Below, in pieces: positions 21,453 through 34,694 of a stretch of DNA of 64,000 nt. Numbering within the stretch: position 1 is the first letter of the stretch; each line of letters opens with the position of its first letter. Under the pieces are notes generated by a model. It saw only the letters and a program-made list of their open reading frames with translations. It was not told where the DNA came from and made no database searches. Source of the stretch: Rebecca billardiae RCC1528 (Eukaryota > Protista > Haptophyta). Where the stretch lies: positions 1,798,001 to 1,862,000 of the forward strand of contig OZ251232.1 of the NCBI GenBank assembly GCA_965240325.2, written 5' to 3'. The position numbers were made by a program, and so were the translations under genes.

Positions 21453-24400
21453 ATGCCGCGTGCGCAGGCCCTGCGAGCACCGCGCGTCGAGGCGGAGCTG
21501 ACCGTGTTTGACGGCGGGCGAGTGCATGTTTCGCTTTGCGTATTGGACGGTGGGCAGCGCAAAGTCGATCCTCATCCAAACCCGCGTGATGTGCCAGGGC
21601 AAGGTCCGCTCGAGCGCGCGGCATGCAGTACAGAGCGCGAGCGGTGTGCGACCAGTCCGTCCTCCTCGAGCTCTGATGCTTGCGTCAAGTCTGACGGCTC
21701 TGTTGACTCCACCATGTCCTTCGGCGCTGAGCTCGAGCTTGTCCGGGACATCGAGGGCTACATCGCAAAGGCGTGCCGTGGTCGGGGCCTCCCGCCTCTC
21801 CTGAGTGAGATGGAGGAGGACGTCTGCCCGCCGCCTCAGTACCACAAACCCCTTCTGCAGTTTCTGGAGCACTGGTCCACGCGGTTTGAGGTGTTCGAGA
21901 GCCTCAGCATCGTTGGTGTGGCGAAGCGCGTGCGGCTGATCAAAACGCAGGAGGAGACGGAGGAGGACGACGTGCTGCGCGCGCTCCGGCTGCTCGCGGA
22001 CCGTCACGGCCTGGAGGAGCCAGAGCGCTGGCCAACGACGAAGGAGCAGGCCAAGGCTCAGCTGCGCAGCGTTCAGCTTTGCTGCTCGCCGTAGCTCCTC
22101 CTGAAGCCGAGCCAGCTGCTCTACGGCTTCGTCACGCGCAAGCTGATCTGGTACGACGGGTATGACGATGGCGGCAACACGAGGATGCGGTGGCACCTGG
22201 GGAAGATCATGAGGATTCTTCGTTCCGACGACTCGGAGCGCTTTTCGAGCAGGCCTGAGCTACCGCCGGCTCCAACGGCTGACGCGCTCGCATCCGAAGC
22301 CTTTCCCTCTTTGCCCGCCAGCTCATCATCACGCCCCCTTCGCCTCGATCCGGAGGCCTCAGTTGCATTCAGCAGTGCTGTCAGCCTGTGCCTGCTCGCG
22401 CACGGCGGCACCTGCCCGCTGGGCGTGCTGCAGCAGCGCTTGGCGAGAACCTTCCCGGACACCTACGGTCCTGGGTGGGACATGCGCTTGCTGGTGCACC
22501 CGGCTGACCGCTCACGTCCCGAAGTGGCTCCAAAGAAGAAGGGCGTCTTCAGCACCATCGTGCGCGCAGCAGCTACGCAGGGCGGGTGGAAAAGCGAGTG
22601 GGTGGTCGAGCCCGACCCACGCCCGCCCAACCCCGGGGAGATGCGCCTCCGGCTCGCGCGAGCGCAGGCAACACGCCCACGTCCGCAGCTGCAGCTGCAA
22701 CCTGAGGCGGCGGCAGAGCCAGCGTCACTCACGCTGCCTTTGCAGCAAGGCGCGGGAGGCTCGGCAGCCATCGCGGCCACTTTCACCAAAGCCTGATCGA
22801 GCTGCGGTCGTGCTGCCACGAACGCTGTCGCCACCGCCACCGCCACGGGAAGCAGCGTTGCAGCCGCCGCCACCTCCGCCCATGCCACCGACGCATGCTT
22901 TGGGGGCAGCTACGAATGCGGCACACGCGGGCGCGCACGCCAAGCCGTGGCAGCCCGCATGGCTCCTGGACACGGCCGAGGCGCTCGAGGCAGCCATTGC
23001 CGCCGACCCGCTGCTGGCCGGCGGCTCGGGCGGCGCCGGGCCTGGCGGCTGGCTCGCGCTCGAGCTGAGCGCGACGAGCAGCGCCGTCGAGCTCGTGCTG
23101 CTCGCGACGCAGCACGGCGCGTACATCGTCGACGTGCTCACGCTCGGCGCCGAGAACGCCTTCAGGAAGCTGTGGCCCGCGCTCGTGGGCGCGCACGACG
23201 TGAAGCTGATGCACGGCGCGCACTCGCAGGCGCACGCGCTCTCGGCGCACGGCGGCGTGTGCATCGGCCGCGCCCTCGACGTGCAGCTGGCGGCGGAGCT
23301 GCTGCTGGGCGAGGCGCCGCCGACGCTCGACGGGGTCTCGCGGCTGCTGGGCGACGAGCTGCCGCCCTCGTCGCCGCACCAAGCGCGCCACGCCGACCAT
23401 CTGATGGCGTTCTCGCCCTTCGGCCCGGCCACGGCGCACGCCGCGGCCGGCGGCGCGGCGTCCGGCGGGCTCGGGCAGCCCGGCGCGCGCCCGCTCCCGA
23501 GCAGCGTCGTCGCGCGATGCACGGAGCGCGCGCGGCAGCTCTTGCGCTGTGGCACGCGCCTCGTGCGCATGGCGAGCGAGCAACGCGACGGCTCGGCCGA
23601 GCGCCTGGCCACGCTGATCGCCGCCACGGGCGAGCGCATGGCCGAGGGCATCCGGCACCAGGGCGCGCGCCCCGCGTGCTTTGACAAGGGCCGCGCGTGC
23701 GCGCTCGCCAGCCCCGAGCTGCTGCGGCGCACTCGGCCTGCGGAGATGGTGCATGCGGCGCTCGAGCATCGGCCCGTCGACATGGCGGCGCTTGCGCAGC
23801 TCATGCCGCCTCTCCTGCGCGCGCAGCTCAAGCAGGCGTGCGTCCGCGCGGCGCGAGACGGCCCGTGGTGGCAGCGCGGCAGCGCGCGCGCCGCGCCGCG
23901 CGTCGTCACCCTGGTCGAGCTGGACGTGGGCACGGCGCCCTGCTTCTGGGCGGACGACGAGCGCGTCTCGACCGACGCAGGCGACGCGGGCACGCTCGGC
24001 TCGAGCACGCCCGTCGCGCACGACGAGAAGCCGCCGCTGATGGCGGACGAGCTCGCCGCCATCGTCGCGGCGCTGGAAGCGAGCGGCGGCGGCGTGGCGC
24101 GCGCCGCGCCTGCGCACGCGGCGCCCGGCGCGGGCACGCTCGGCGGCGGCGGCGGCTATCCGCACTGCGTGGGCCAGCTGCGCGCGCCGCACGACCCGAG
24201 CGTGTGCCTGGGTCTCACCATCCGCCCCGGCCACTGCGTGCGCGGCAGCGCCGGCTTGATCCATGACCTGCTGCACCGCGCGGACGCGCCATCGATCCTC
24301 GTGCTCTCACCGCGCGGCGCGCCGCTCGCGGCGGCGGCCGACCTGCTGCGAGACGCGGCGCGCGAGCTGTCGGCGGAGCAGCGCGTGCTCGTCATCGACT

Positions 24401-25143
24401 CGGTGGGCGAGCTCGCGGGCAGCAGCAGCCTCAACGCGCACGGCGGCATCGGCCGCGCGCGGGTGGCGCGGCCAGCCTCGCTCGACGCGCAGCCGAGCGT
24501 GCTGACGGCCGCGCTGAGCGCGCACCAGCCGCACGTGCTCGTGGTGCACAGGCTGACGCACGCGCCCGCCGACGCTCGAGCGGTGCAGTACGCGGCGCAG
24601 TGCGGCGTGCGCGTGATCGCGGGCCTGCTGGGTGACCTGCAGCAGGCGCGCTCGAGCGAGGGCATCGGCTCACTGCTTGCCGCGGGCGCTGCCGGCGCGG
24701 GGTGGCAACAGCGCGCGCCCGCGGGGCAGCGGTCGAGCGCGGTGATGGCAGGCGTCTTTGCGTTGGCCGTCGAGGCGCACGCGGGCGGGTACGGGCACGC
24801 CACGCACGAGCTGCGCGTGCTCGAGCCGCTCTCCGAGGGTTCTGCGGACGCGGCGGCGAGCCCAGCGCATTGGCGGCGATATTGCTGCCGGCCACACTCG
24901 ACGATGAGCGGTGACTACGGGGAGTACGACACCGCCATCATCAGCAGCAGCCGCCGCCCTGCGAATAACGACTACGACGACGACGGTGATGACGACGACG
25001 ACGAATCCCCGCGCACCGCCGCCGCCTCGTCTGCTTTTGCTGATGCGATGATGGCGGTGGAGCACACGAGCCACACGACCGCCACGGGGATGACGCTACG
25101 GCAGACACTCACAATGTTGCTGGGGCGCGATGAGCGCATATGA
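21453..25143 (+). pseudogene. Inverted paralogue of the 1357-aa gene, with an in-frame TAG (22092-22094) and a frameshift near 22700-22800; the C-terminal exonuclease+ATPase part stays open
   Basis: ORFs 21414..22094 and 22185..22796 share a frame and align through the stop (CSP*LLLKPSQLLYGF vs CSPPLHKSPGELLYGF). The remainder is in frame 22363..25143. 22954-24885 is nearly identical to the reverse complement of 17391-19313. Confidence 0.75.
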
Positions 25144-25269
25144 TCGACGATTGACGACGCGACGATGCTGCGCGCTGACTACACGGCAGTGATATGCGCG
25201 CATCTGATCATCAACACGTCCACGACGTCGAGGCCAGCAGCAGCTCTCGACTGCTCGCGAGGCGCGGGC

Positions 25270-25275
25270 GATATA

Positions 25276-25331
<56 letters not shown>
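25270..25331. repeat. (TA)n microsatellite, left flank of the split-repeat element
   Basis: Seen directly. Confidence 0.95.
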
Positions 25332-25334
<3 letters not shown>

Positions 25335-26749
25335 TAGCCGTCCTCGAAGCGCCTGCGCCATCCAGATCGGCAGCGAGGAGGCGAGGCACACGCCGGGCAG
25401 GGCAGAGCCACGCTGCGAGATACCAGACTTTATTTGTATCATATGGGATTTTGTTCCTCGGAAACAAAGTGCGAGCGGCAGCCAGCGCTCGGGCCGAGCG
25501 CGCGGCAGGACTGGCCGCTGGACGCCGACAGACGCGCGGTGTGATGGATCTCCGCGCGCCGGCCCGCAGACTGAGAGAGCGAGCAGCATGCCAAACCGAG
25601 GAGCGGCATCGACGGCGGAGGGCGCTCCGCGCCGACGCAGCAGCAAAAGTGCCAGGCAACAAGCTGGCAACAGCGGGGGCGGGCGGGCGGGGCAGCTTAG
25701 AAGGCGCAGCTCGAGAGCCGCTAAGCCGCATGAGAGCAAGGCACGAAGCACCATCGTGCAGAGGGTATCGCGAAGATGCGGGCCCGGAAACAGCTGCAGC
25801 CATCATGCCAGTGGGCACTTCCGAAGGGCGTTCGCTGCGAGTGAGCGAGAGGCACTGGACTGCGTCGGTTCGCTCGGCGCCTGATGAAAAACCCAGTTCA
25901 CCAATTGGCCGTCCTGTGCCGCCGCCAACCTTGCCTATTTGCCTAAGGCCCAGGAGCATCACAGCGAGTAGGTTGTTCGGGGTCGTTGTGCGAGAGCACA
26001 GAGCAGGCTCAAAAGTCCCTCGTGGCACGAGAAGAGGGTGGCCAAGATGGCGGCCGGACTTGAGCTCGGCCGCCTGGCTCGGGCCGAATGGCAGGCAGGT
26101 GTTGATACGGCGCATTGCGCTCCCACCGTCCTCTTAGACAATCAGTTATTGTGCCAATAACCCCACGTCTAGCCGTCCTCGAAGCGCCTGCGCCATCCAG
26201 ATCGGCAGCGAGGAGGCGAGGCACACGCCGGGCAGGGCAGAGCCACGCTGCGAGATACCAGACTTTATTTGTATCATATGGGATTTTGTTCCTCGGAAAC
26301 AAAGTGCGAGCGGCAGCCAGCGCTCGGGCCGAGCGCGCGGCAGGACTGGCCGCTGGACGCCGACAGACGCGCGGTGTGATGGATCCCATTTGTGGTTGTA
26401 TTGGTGGGTGGTCCGCGCGTCGAGGTTGAAGAGGAAATCCCATAGATAAACGTGGACGAAGTGGGGAAGGCAACCAGGCGAGGACAAGACTGTCAGTGGA
26501 TGCGGCCCACCCGCCCAGGACAGGACTCAGCCAAAGCCAAGCACGGCAGAGGCAGCTGCGAACGACGGCGTCACAAAGCCCAGAGCGACGAGTGCCAGTG
26601 GAGCGGGCGGTCGAGCCGGTAAACCAAACGCATTGAGCGGCGAGCGACTAGAGGGCGGAGTGAGACCAAAGACGTCGCCAGCACGGGCAGCCGCGCGAGA
26701 GCAGGGGCGGACGCAAGCGCGTGAAGGCAGCGCATGCACGCTGCTGGCA

Positions 26750-28200
26750 AGCAACCCGAGGGCCGCGCGCGCCGACCGCACGCGCGACCCGAGGCCCGCG
26801 CGCGCCGACCGCTGGCCGGAGGGGGGCCGACGCAGCCAGCACGCGCGACCAGAGGGCCGCGCGCGCCGACCGCAGGCCGGAGGGGGGGCGAAGCAGCCAG
26901 CACGCGCGACCCGAGGGCCGCGCGCGTAAGCGCCGGGCCAGGCAGGGACCCAAGCCGGACGCGACCCGCGAGGGCCGCGGTGCGGGCAGCGAGGGCCCGG
27001 CACACGTGTCAGGCCCGCACGGCACTAGGACAACGTGACCGGAGGGGGGGCGCCAGCGCTACGTACGCGCGCGACCCGAGGGCCGCGCGCGCGAGCGCCG
27101 GGCCAGGTAGGGACCCAAGCCGGACGCGACCCGAGGGCCGCGGTGCGGGCAGCGAGGGCCCGGCACACGTGTCAGGCCCGCACGGCACTAGGACAACGTG
27201 ACCGGAGGGGGGGCGCCAGCGCTGCGTACACGCCCGAAGGCCGCGCGCGCGAGCGCCGGGCCAGGTAGGGACCCAAGCCGGACGCGACCCGAGGGCCGCG
27301 GTGCGGGCAGCGAGGGCCCGGCACACGTGTCAGGCCCGCACGGCACTAGGACAACGTGACCGGAGGGGGGGCGCCAGCGCTGCGTACACGCCCGAAGGCC
27401 GCGCGCGCGAGCGCCGGGCCAGGTAGGGACCCAAGCCGGACGCGACCCGAGGGCCGCGGTGCGGGCAGCGAGGGCCCGGCACACGTGTCAGGCCCGCACG
27501 GCACTGGGACAACGCGACCGGAGGGGGGGGCGCCAGCGCTGCGTACGCGCGCGACCCGAGGGCCGCGCGCGCGAGCGCCGGGCCAGGTAGGGACCCAAGC
27601 CGGACGCGACCCGAGGGCCGCGGTGCGAGCAGCGAGGGCCCGGCACACGTGTCAGGCCCGCACGGCACTAGGACAACGCGACCGGAGGGGGGGGGGCGCC
27701 AGCGCTGCGTACGCGCGCGACCCGAGGGCCGCGCGCGCGAGCGCCGGGCCAGGTAGGGACCCAAGCCGGACGCGACCCGAGGGCCGCGGTGCGAGCAGCG
27801 AGGGCCCGGCACACGTGTCAGGCCCGCACGGCACTAGGACAACGTGACCGGAGGGGGGGGCGCCAGCGCCGCGTACGCGCGCGACCCGAGGGCCGCGCGC
27901 GTAAGCGCCGGGCCGGGGGACCCAAGCAGGGGGCCGCGGTGCGGGCTGCGAGGGCGGAGGCACACGTGTCAGGCCTGCACGGCACCAGGACAACGTGACC
28001 GGCAGGGGCGCCAGCGCTGCGTACGCGCGCGACCCGAGGGCCGCGCGCGTAAGCGCCGGGCCGGGGGACCCAAGCAGGGGGCCGCGGTGCGGGCTGCGAG
28101 GGCGGAGGCACACGTGTCAGGCCTGCACGGCACCAGGACAACGTGACCGGCGGGGGCGCCAGCGCTGCGTACGCGCGCGACCCGAGGGCCGCGCGCGTGG
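26750..28200. repeat. ~160-bp tandem array with shorter degenerate subunits at the edges
   Basis: ggcacacgtgtcaggcccgcacggcactaggacaacg recurs; ORF starts at 27005, 27326, 27484 and 27648. Confidence 0.9.
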
Positions 28201-31200
28201 GCGTCGCGCGCCGGTGAGCATGCGGGCAGCATGCTGCTGTTGAGCGGCGAGGGAGCGAGCGCGCCTTTGCGCCGCGCGCGGGCGAGCGGCGTCGAGCAGC
28301 GGCGCGCGCAGAGCGTGCAGAGAGCACGGGCGCGCCGAGTGCGAGCGGCGAAGCCACCGTGCTGCGGAGCGACGGCGGCGGAGCGAGCAGACGAGGCAGG
28401 AGCCGAACGGCGCAGCCACCGTGCTGCGGGGCGACGGCAGCGGGGCGGGCTGACGGGGCAGGAGCGGGCCGCGCGTCGATGAAGCGCGCCGGCAGCGCGC
28501 TGCTGTTGAGCTGCGTGGCCGCGAGCTCGCTCCTTCGCGGGCGAGCGGCGGCGAGCGGCGGCGAGCGTAGAGCGTGTAGCGAGCACGGGCGCGCCCAGCG
28601 CGAGCGGCGCAGCCACCGTGCCGCGAAACGATGGCGGCGGAGCGCGCCGACGAGGCAGGGGCGCGCCGCACCTCGATGAGCGTGCGCGCGGCACGCTGCT
28701 GTCGAGCGGCGCGGGCGCGAGCTCGCTCCTGCGCGGGCGAGCGGCAGCGAGCGGCGGCGTGCGGCGGCGAGCGTAGAGTGTGTAGCGCACGCAACGCGCC
28801 GACTGCGAGCGGCGCAGCCACCGTGCCGCGAGGCAACGGCGACGGAGCGAGCCGACGAGGCGTGTGCGCGCCGCGCGTCGATGAGCGCGCGGGCAGCCGG
28901 CTGCTGCCGAGCGGCGCGGACGCGAGCTCGCGCCCGCGCAGGCGAGAGGCGGCAAGCGGCGGCGAGCGTAGACCGTGTAGCGAACGCAAATGCGCCGACT
29001 GCAAGCAGCGAAGCTTCGTGCCGCGAGGCGACGGCGACGGAGCGAGCCGGCAAGGCATGTGCTCGCAGCGCGTCGATGAGCGCGCGGGCAGCAGGCTGCT
29101 GTCGAGCGGCGCGGGCGCGAGCTCGCTCCTGCGCGGGCGAGCGGCAGCGAGCGGCGGCGTGCGGCGGCGAGCGTAGAGCGTGTATTGGTAGCGAACGCGA
29201 CGCGCCGAGCGCGAACGGCGCAGACACCGTGCCGCGAGGCGACGGCGTCGGAGCGAGCTGACGAGGCATGTGCGCGCCGCGCGTCGATGAGCGCGCGGGC
29301 AGCAGGCTGCTGTCGAGCGGCGCGGGCGCGAGCTCGCGCCTGCGCGGGCAAGCGGCGGCGAGCGGCGACGAGCGTATAGCGTGTAGCGAACGCAATGCGC
29401 CGACTGCGAGCAGCGCAGTCACCGTGCCGCGAGGCGACGGCGGCGGAGCGAGCCGACAAGGCATGTGCGCGCCGCGCGTCGATGAGCGCGCGGGCAGCAG
29501 GCTGCTGTCGAGCGGCGCGGGCGCGAGCTCGCGCCTGCGCGGGCAAGCGGCGGCGAGCGGCGACGAGCGTAGAGCGTGTAGCGAACGCAATGCGCCGACT
29601 GCGAGCGGCGCAGCCACCGTGCCGCGAGGCGACGGCGGCGGAGCGAGCCGACGAGGCATGTGCGCGCCGCGCGTCGATGAGCGCGCGGGCAGCAGGCTGC
29701 TGTCGAGCGGCGCGGGCGCGAGCTCGCGCTTGCGCGGGCGAGCCGCGGCGGGCAGCGGCGAGCGCAGAGCGTGTAGCGAACGCAATGCGCCGACTGCGAG
29801 CGGCGCAGCCACCGTGCCGCGAGGCGACGGCGGCGGAGCGAGCCGACGAGGCATGTGCGCGCCGCGCGTCGATGAGAGCGCGGGCAGCAGGCTGCTGTCG
29901 AGCGGCGCGGGCGCGAGCTCGCGCTTGCGCGGGCGAGCCGCGGCGGGCAGCGGCGAGCGCAGAGCGTGTAGCGAACGCAATGCGCCGACTGCGAGCGGCG
30001 CAGCCACCGTGCCGCGAGGCGACGGCGGCGGAGCGAGCCGACGAGGCATGCGTGCGCCGCGTGTCGCTGAGCGCGCGGGCAGCAGGTTGCTGTCGAGCGG
30101 CGCGGACGCGAGCTCGCTCCTGCGCGGGCGAGCGGCGGCGAGCGGCGGCGTGCGGCGGCGAGCGTAGACCGTGTGGCGAACGCAATGCGCCGACTGCGAT
30201 CAGCGCAGCTTCGTGCCGCGAGGCGACGGCAGCGGAGCGAGCCGACGAGGCATGCGTGCGCCGCGCGTCGCTGAGCGCGCGGGCAGCAGGCTGCTGTCGA
30301 GCGGCGCGGGCGCGAGCTCGCGCCTGCGCGGGCGAGCGGCAGCGAGCGCCGGCGTGCGGCGGCGAGCGTAGACCGTGTGGCGAACGCAATGCGCCGACTG
30401 CGATCAGCGCAGCTTCGTGCCGCGAGGCGACGGCAGCGGAGCGAGCCGACGAGGCATGCGTGCGCCGCGCGTCGCTGAGCGCGCGGGCAGCAGGCTGCTG
30501 TCGAGCGGCGCGGGCGCGAGCTCGCGCCTGCGCGGGCGAGCGGCGGCGTGCGGCGGCGAGCGCAGAGCGTGTAGCGAACGCAATGCGCCGACTGCGAGCG
30601 GCGCAGCCACCGTGCCGCGAGGCGACGGCGGCGGAGCGAGCCGACGAGGCATGTGTGCGCCGCGCGTCGATGAGAGCGCGGGCAGCAGGCTGCTGTCGAG
30701 CGGCGCGGGCGCGAGCTCGCGCTTGCGCGGGCGAGCGGCGGCGGGCAGCGGCGAGCGCAGAGCGTGTAGCGAACGCAATGCGCCGACTGCGAGCGGCGCA
30801 GCCACCGTGCCGCAAGGCGACGGCGGCGGAGCGAGCCGACGAGGCATGCGTGCGCCGCGCGTCGCTGAGCGCGCGGGCAGCAGGTTGCTGTCGAGCGGCG
30901 CGGACGCGAGCTCGCTCCTGCGCGGGCGAGCGGCAGCGAGCGGCGGCGTGCGGCGGCGAGCGTAGACCGTGTGGCGAACGTAATGCGCCGACTGCGAGCA
31001 GCGCAGCTTCGTGCCGCGAGGCGACGGCGGCGGAGCGAGCCGACGAGGCATGTGCGCGCAGCGCGTCGATGAGCGCGCGGGCAGCAGGCTGCTGTCGAGC
31101 GGCGCGGGCGCGAGCTCGCTCCTGCGCGGGCGAGCGGCAGCGAGCGGCGGCGTGCGGCGGCGAGCGTAGAGCGTGTACTGGTAGCGAACGCGACGCGCCG

Positions 31201-33488
31201 AGCGCGAACGGCGCAGACACCGTGCCGCGAGGCGACGGCGGCGGAGCGAGCTGACGAGGCATGTGCGCGCCGCGCATCGATGAGCGCGCGGGCAGCAGGC
31301 TGCTGTCGAGCGGCGCGGGCGCGAGCTCGCGCCTGCGCGGGCAAGCGGCGGCGAGCGGCGACGAGCGCAGAGCGTGTAGCGAACGCAATGCGCCGACTGC
31401 GAGCGGCGCAGCCACCGTGCCGCGAGGCGACGGCGGCGGAGCGAGCCGACGAGGCATGTGCGCGCCGCGCGTCGATGAGCGCGCGGGCAGCAGGCTGCTG
31501 TCGAGCGGCGCGGGCGCGAGCTCGCGCTTGCGCGGGCGAGCCGCGGCGGGCAGCGGCGAGCGCAGAGCGTGTAGCGAACGCAATGCGCCGACTGCGAGCG
31601 GCGCAGCCACCGTGCCGCGAGGCGACGGCGGCGGAGCGAGCCGACGAGGCATGCGTGCGCCGCGTGTCGCTGAGCGCGCGGGCAGCAGGTTGCTGTCGAG
31701 CGGCGCGGACGCGAGCTCGCTCCTGCGCGGGCGAGCGGCGGCGAGCGGCGGCGTGCGGCGGCGAGCGTAGACCGTGTGGCGAACGTAATGCGCCGACCGC
31801 GAGCAGCGCAGTCACCGTGCCGCGAGGCGACGGCGGCGGAGCGAGCCGACAAGGCATGTGCGCGCAGCGCGTCGATGAGCGCGCGGGCAGCAGGCTGCTG
31901 TCGAGCGGCGCGGGCGCGAGCTCGCTCCTGCGCGGGCGAGCGGCAGCGAGCGGCGGCGTGCGGCGGCGAGCGTAGAGCGTGTACTGGTAGCGAACGCGAC
32001 CCGCCGAGCGCGAACGGCGCAGACACCGTGCCGCGAGGCGACGGCGGCGGAGCGAGCCGACGAGGCATGTGCGCGCCGCGCGTCGATGAGCGCGCGGGCA
32101 GCAGGCTGCTGTCGAGCGGCGCGGGCGCGAGCTCGCGCCTGCGCGGGCAAGCGGCGGCGAGCGGCGACGAGCGCAGAGCGTGTAGCGAACGCAATGCGCC
32201 GACTGCGAGCGGCGCAGCCACCCCGCCGCGAGGCGACGGCGGCGGAGCGAGCCGACGAGGCATGTGCGCGCCGCGCGTCGATGAGCGCGCGGGCAGCAGG
32301 CTGCTGTCGAGCGGCGCGGGCGCGAGCTCGCGCTTGCGCGGGCGAGCCGCGGCGGGCAGCGGCGAGCGCAGAGCGTGTAGCGAACGCAATGCGCCGACTG
32401 CGAGCGGCGCAGCCACCGTGCCGCGAGGCGACGGCGGCGGAGCGAGCCGACGAGGCATGCGTGCGCGCCGCGCGTCGATGAGCGCGCGGGCAGCAGGCTG
32501 CTGTCGAGCGGCGCGGGCGCGAGCTCGCGCCTGCGCGGGCGAGCGGCGGCGTGCGGCGGCGAGCGCAGAGCGTGTAGCGAACGCAATGCGCCGACCGCGA
32601 GCGGCGCAGCCACCCCGCCGCGAGGCGACGGCGGCGGAGCGAGCCGACGAGGCATGTGCGCGCCGCGCGTCGATGAGCGCGCGGGCAGCAGGCTGCTGTC
32701 GAGCGGCGCGGGCGCGAGCTCGCGCTTGCGCGGGCGAGCCGCGGCGGGCAGCGGCGAGCGCAGAGCGTGTAGCGAACGCAATGCGCCGACTGCGAGCGGC
32801 GCAGTCACCGTGCCGCGAGGCGACGGCGGCGGAGCGAGCTGACGAGGCATGTGCGCGCCGCGCGTCGATGAGCGCGCGGGCAGCAGGTTGCTGTCGAGCG
32901 GCGCGGACGCGAGCTCGCTCCTGCGCGGGCGAGCGGCGGCGAGCGGCGGCGTGCGGCGGCGAGCGTAGACCGTGTGGCGAACGCAATGCGCCGACTGCGA
33001 TCAGCGCAGCTTCGTGCCGCGAGGCGACGGCAGCGGAGCGAGCCGACGAGGCATGCGTGCGCCGCGCGTCGCTGAGCGCGCGGGCAGCAGGCTGCTGTCG
33101 AGCGGCGCGGGCGCGAGCTCGCGCCTGCGCGGGCGAGCGGCGGCGTGCGGCGGCGAGCGCAGAGCGTGTAGCGAACGCAATGCGCCGACTGCGAGCGGCG
33201 CAGCCACCCCGCCGCGAGGCGACGGCGGCGGAGCGAGCCGACGAGGCATGTGCGCGCCGCGCGTCGATGAGCGCGCGGGCAGCAGGCTGCTGTCGAGCGG
33301 CGCGGGCGCGAGCTCGCGCTTGCGCGGGCGAGCCGCGGCGGGCAGCGGCGAGCGCAGAGCGTGTAGCGAACGCAATGCGCCGACTGCGAGCGGCGCAGCC
33401 ACCGTGCCGCGAGGCGACGGCGGCGGAGCGAGCCGACGAGGCATGCGTGCGCCGCGTGTCGCTGAGCGCGCGGGCAGCAGGTTGCTGT
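28200..33488. repeat. ~198-205-bp tandem satellite, ~26 units, with recurring variant blocks
   Basis: gcgcgggcagcaggctgctgtcgagcggcgcgggcgcgagctcgc recurs about every 200 bp. Variant units with gta(c/t)tggtag recur near 29180, 31175 and 31980. Confidence 0.95.
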
Positions 33489-33687
33489 GGCGCAGCTCGA
33501 GAGCCGCTAAGCCGCATGAGAGCAAGGCACGAAGCACCATCGTGCAGAGGGTATCGCGAAGATGCGGGCCCGGAAACAGCTGCAGCCATCATGCCAGTGG
33601 GCACTTCCGAAGGGCGTTCGCTGCGAGTGAGCGAGAGGCACTGGACTGCGTCGGTTCGCTCGGCGCCTGATGAAAAACCCAGTTCAC

Positions 33688-34052
33688 CTATGTGCGAATC
33701 AAGGCCTATATGGCCGGCCATGACCGATGATATTGGCCGCTAGGTGGCCATGGCCGATGGTTAGCGGTCGACCATCCATCTCTGGCCGATGGGTATTGGC
33801 CGATGGCCGTCCGGCGGCCGGACCGCCGTACTCGTAGGCCGCGCCGGACGGCGGCACGGCCACGGCGCCGGCGCGTGATGGCCGCGTGAGCACGCCGCGC
33901 GGGCTGCAGCACTGTCCGACTCTGCACGGTCGTAGTTCGAGAGGGCGGCCCCGGGGCTCGGCCGACCCAACTGGTGGACTTGTTGAGCCCCAGTGGCGGT
34001 CTCGACCGAGCTTGGCAGGTGTGTGTGTGTGCCTGTGTGTGTTAATCTGATA

Positions 34053-34089
<37 letters not shown>

Positions 34090-34527
34090 TTACAGGCGAC
34101 TATGTCTATTGCGATGTATTTGCCGATTCTGCGCGCCGGCCCGGCGAGTGAAGGACGCGAGGTGCAGCAGGCGGCGAGCCCGGCGAGACTCCGAGGGCGA
34201 GTCAGCGGCCGCACCCGCGCCCGCGACCGCGCCCACGCCCGCGCCCACGACCCCTACTTCTGCCACGGCTCACGCTTGCACTGCCAGCAGCGCTGCGGCA
34301 TCGTCTCACGCAGACCACGTCTGCCGACGCGGCGACTGCGGCAGCCTCGCGGCGAGCGGACCGGAGCGGTGGCTGCCGCAGCACAGTAGTACGTCGGCTG
34401 CAAGCAGCTTCTGCGACGTGAGATCATGCCCAGACAGAGTCAAGCCGACCGCTCGTGGCTCGTTGGGGTACCATACGTTCTGCCCGAGTGGTGAATAATC
34501 TTTTGCCGAAAAAGAAAAAGGGGTGAA

Positions 34528-34585
<58 letters not shown>

Positions 34586-34694
34586 GTTATTCATTTATTC
34601 GTCGTAGTCGGCCACTGGCCGATGAACGGGCAAAAGTGGGCATCCTGTGGCCGACGGGTTGGCCGACGCCCGTCGAGGCTTGATTCGCACACAG
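33688..34694. mobile_element. Nested non-autonomous TIR element, 1007 bp, 8-bp TSD (hAT-like size)
   Basis: TSD cagttcac at 33680-33687 and 34695-34702. The empty site is visible in the other B copy (25894-25901). TIRs ctatgtgcgaatcaag / cttgattcgcacacag match 15/16. Subterminal tggccga motifs; internal (TG)n and (TA)n. Confidence 0.88.

Noticed and set aside
27818-33743. ORFs of 600-1227 aa
   Set aside because: Stop-poor GC satellite open in several frames and on both strands, with frame-breaking unit-length variants. No RT, YR or Gag motifs.
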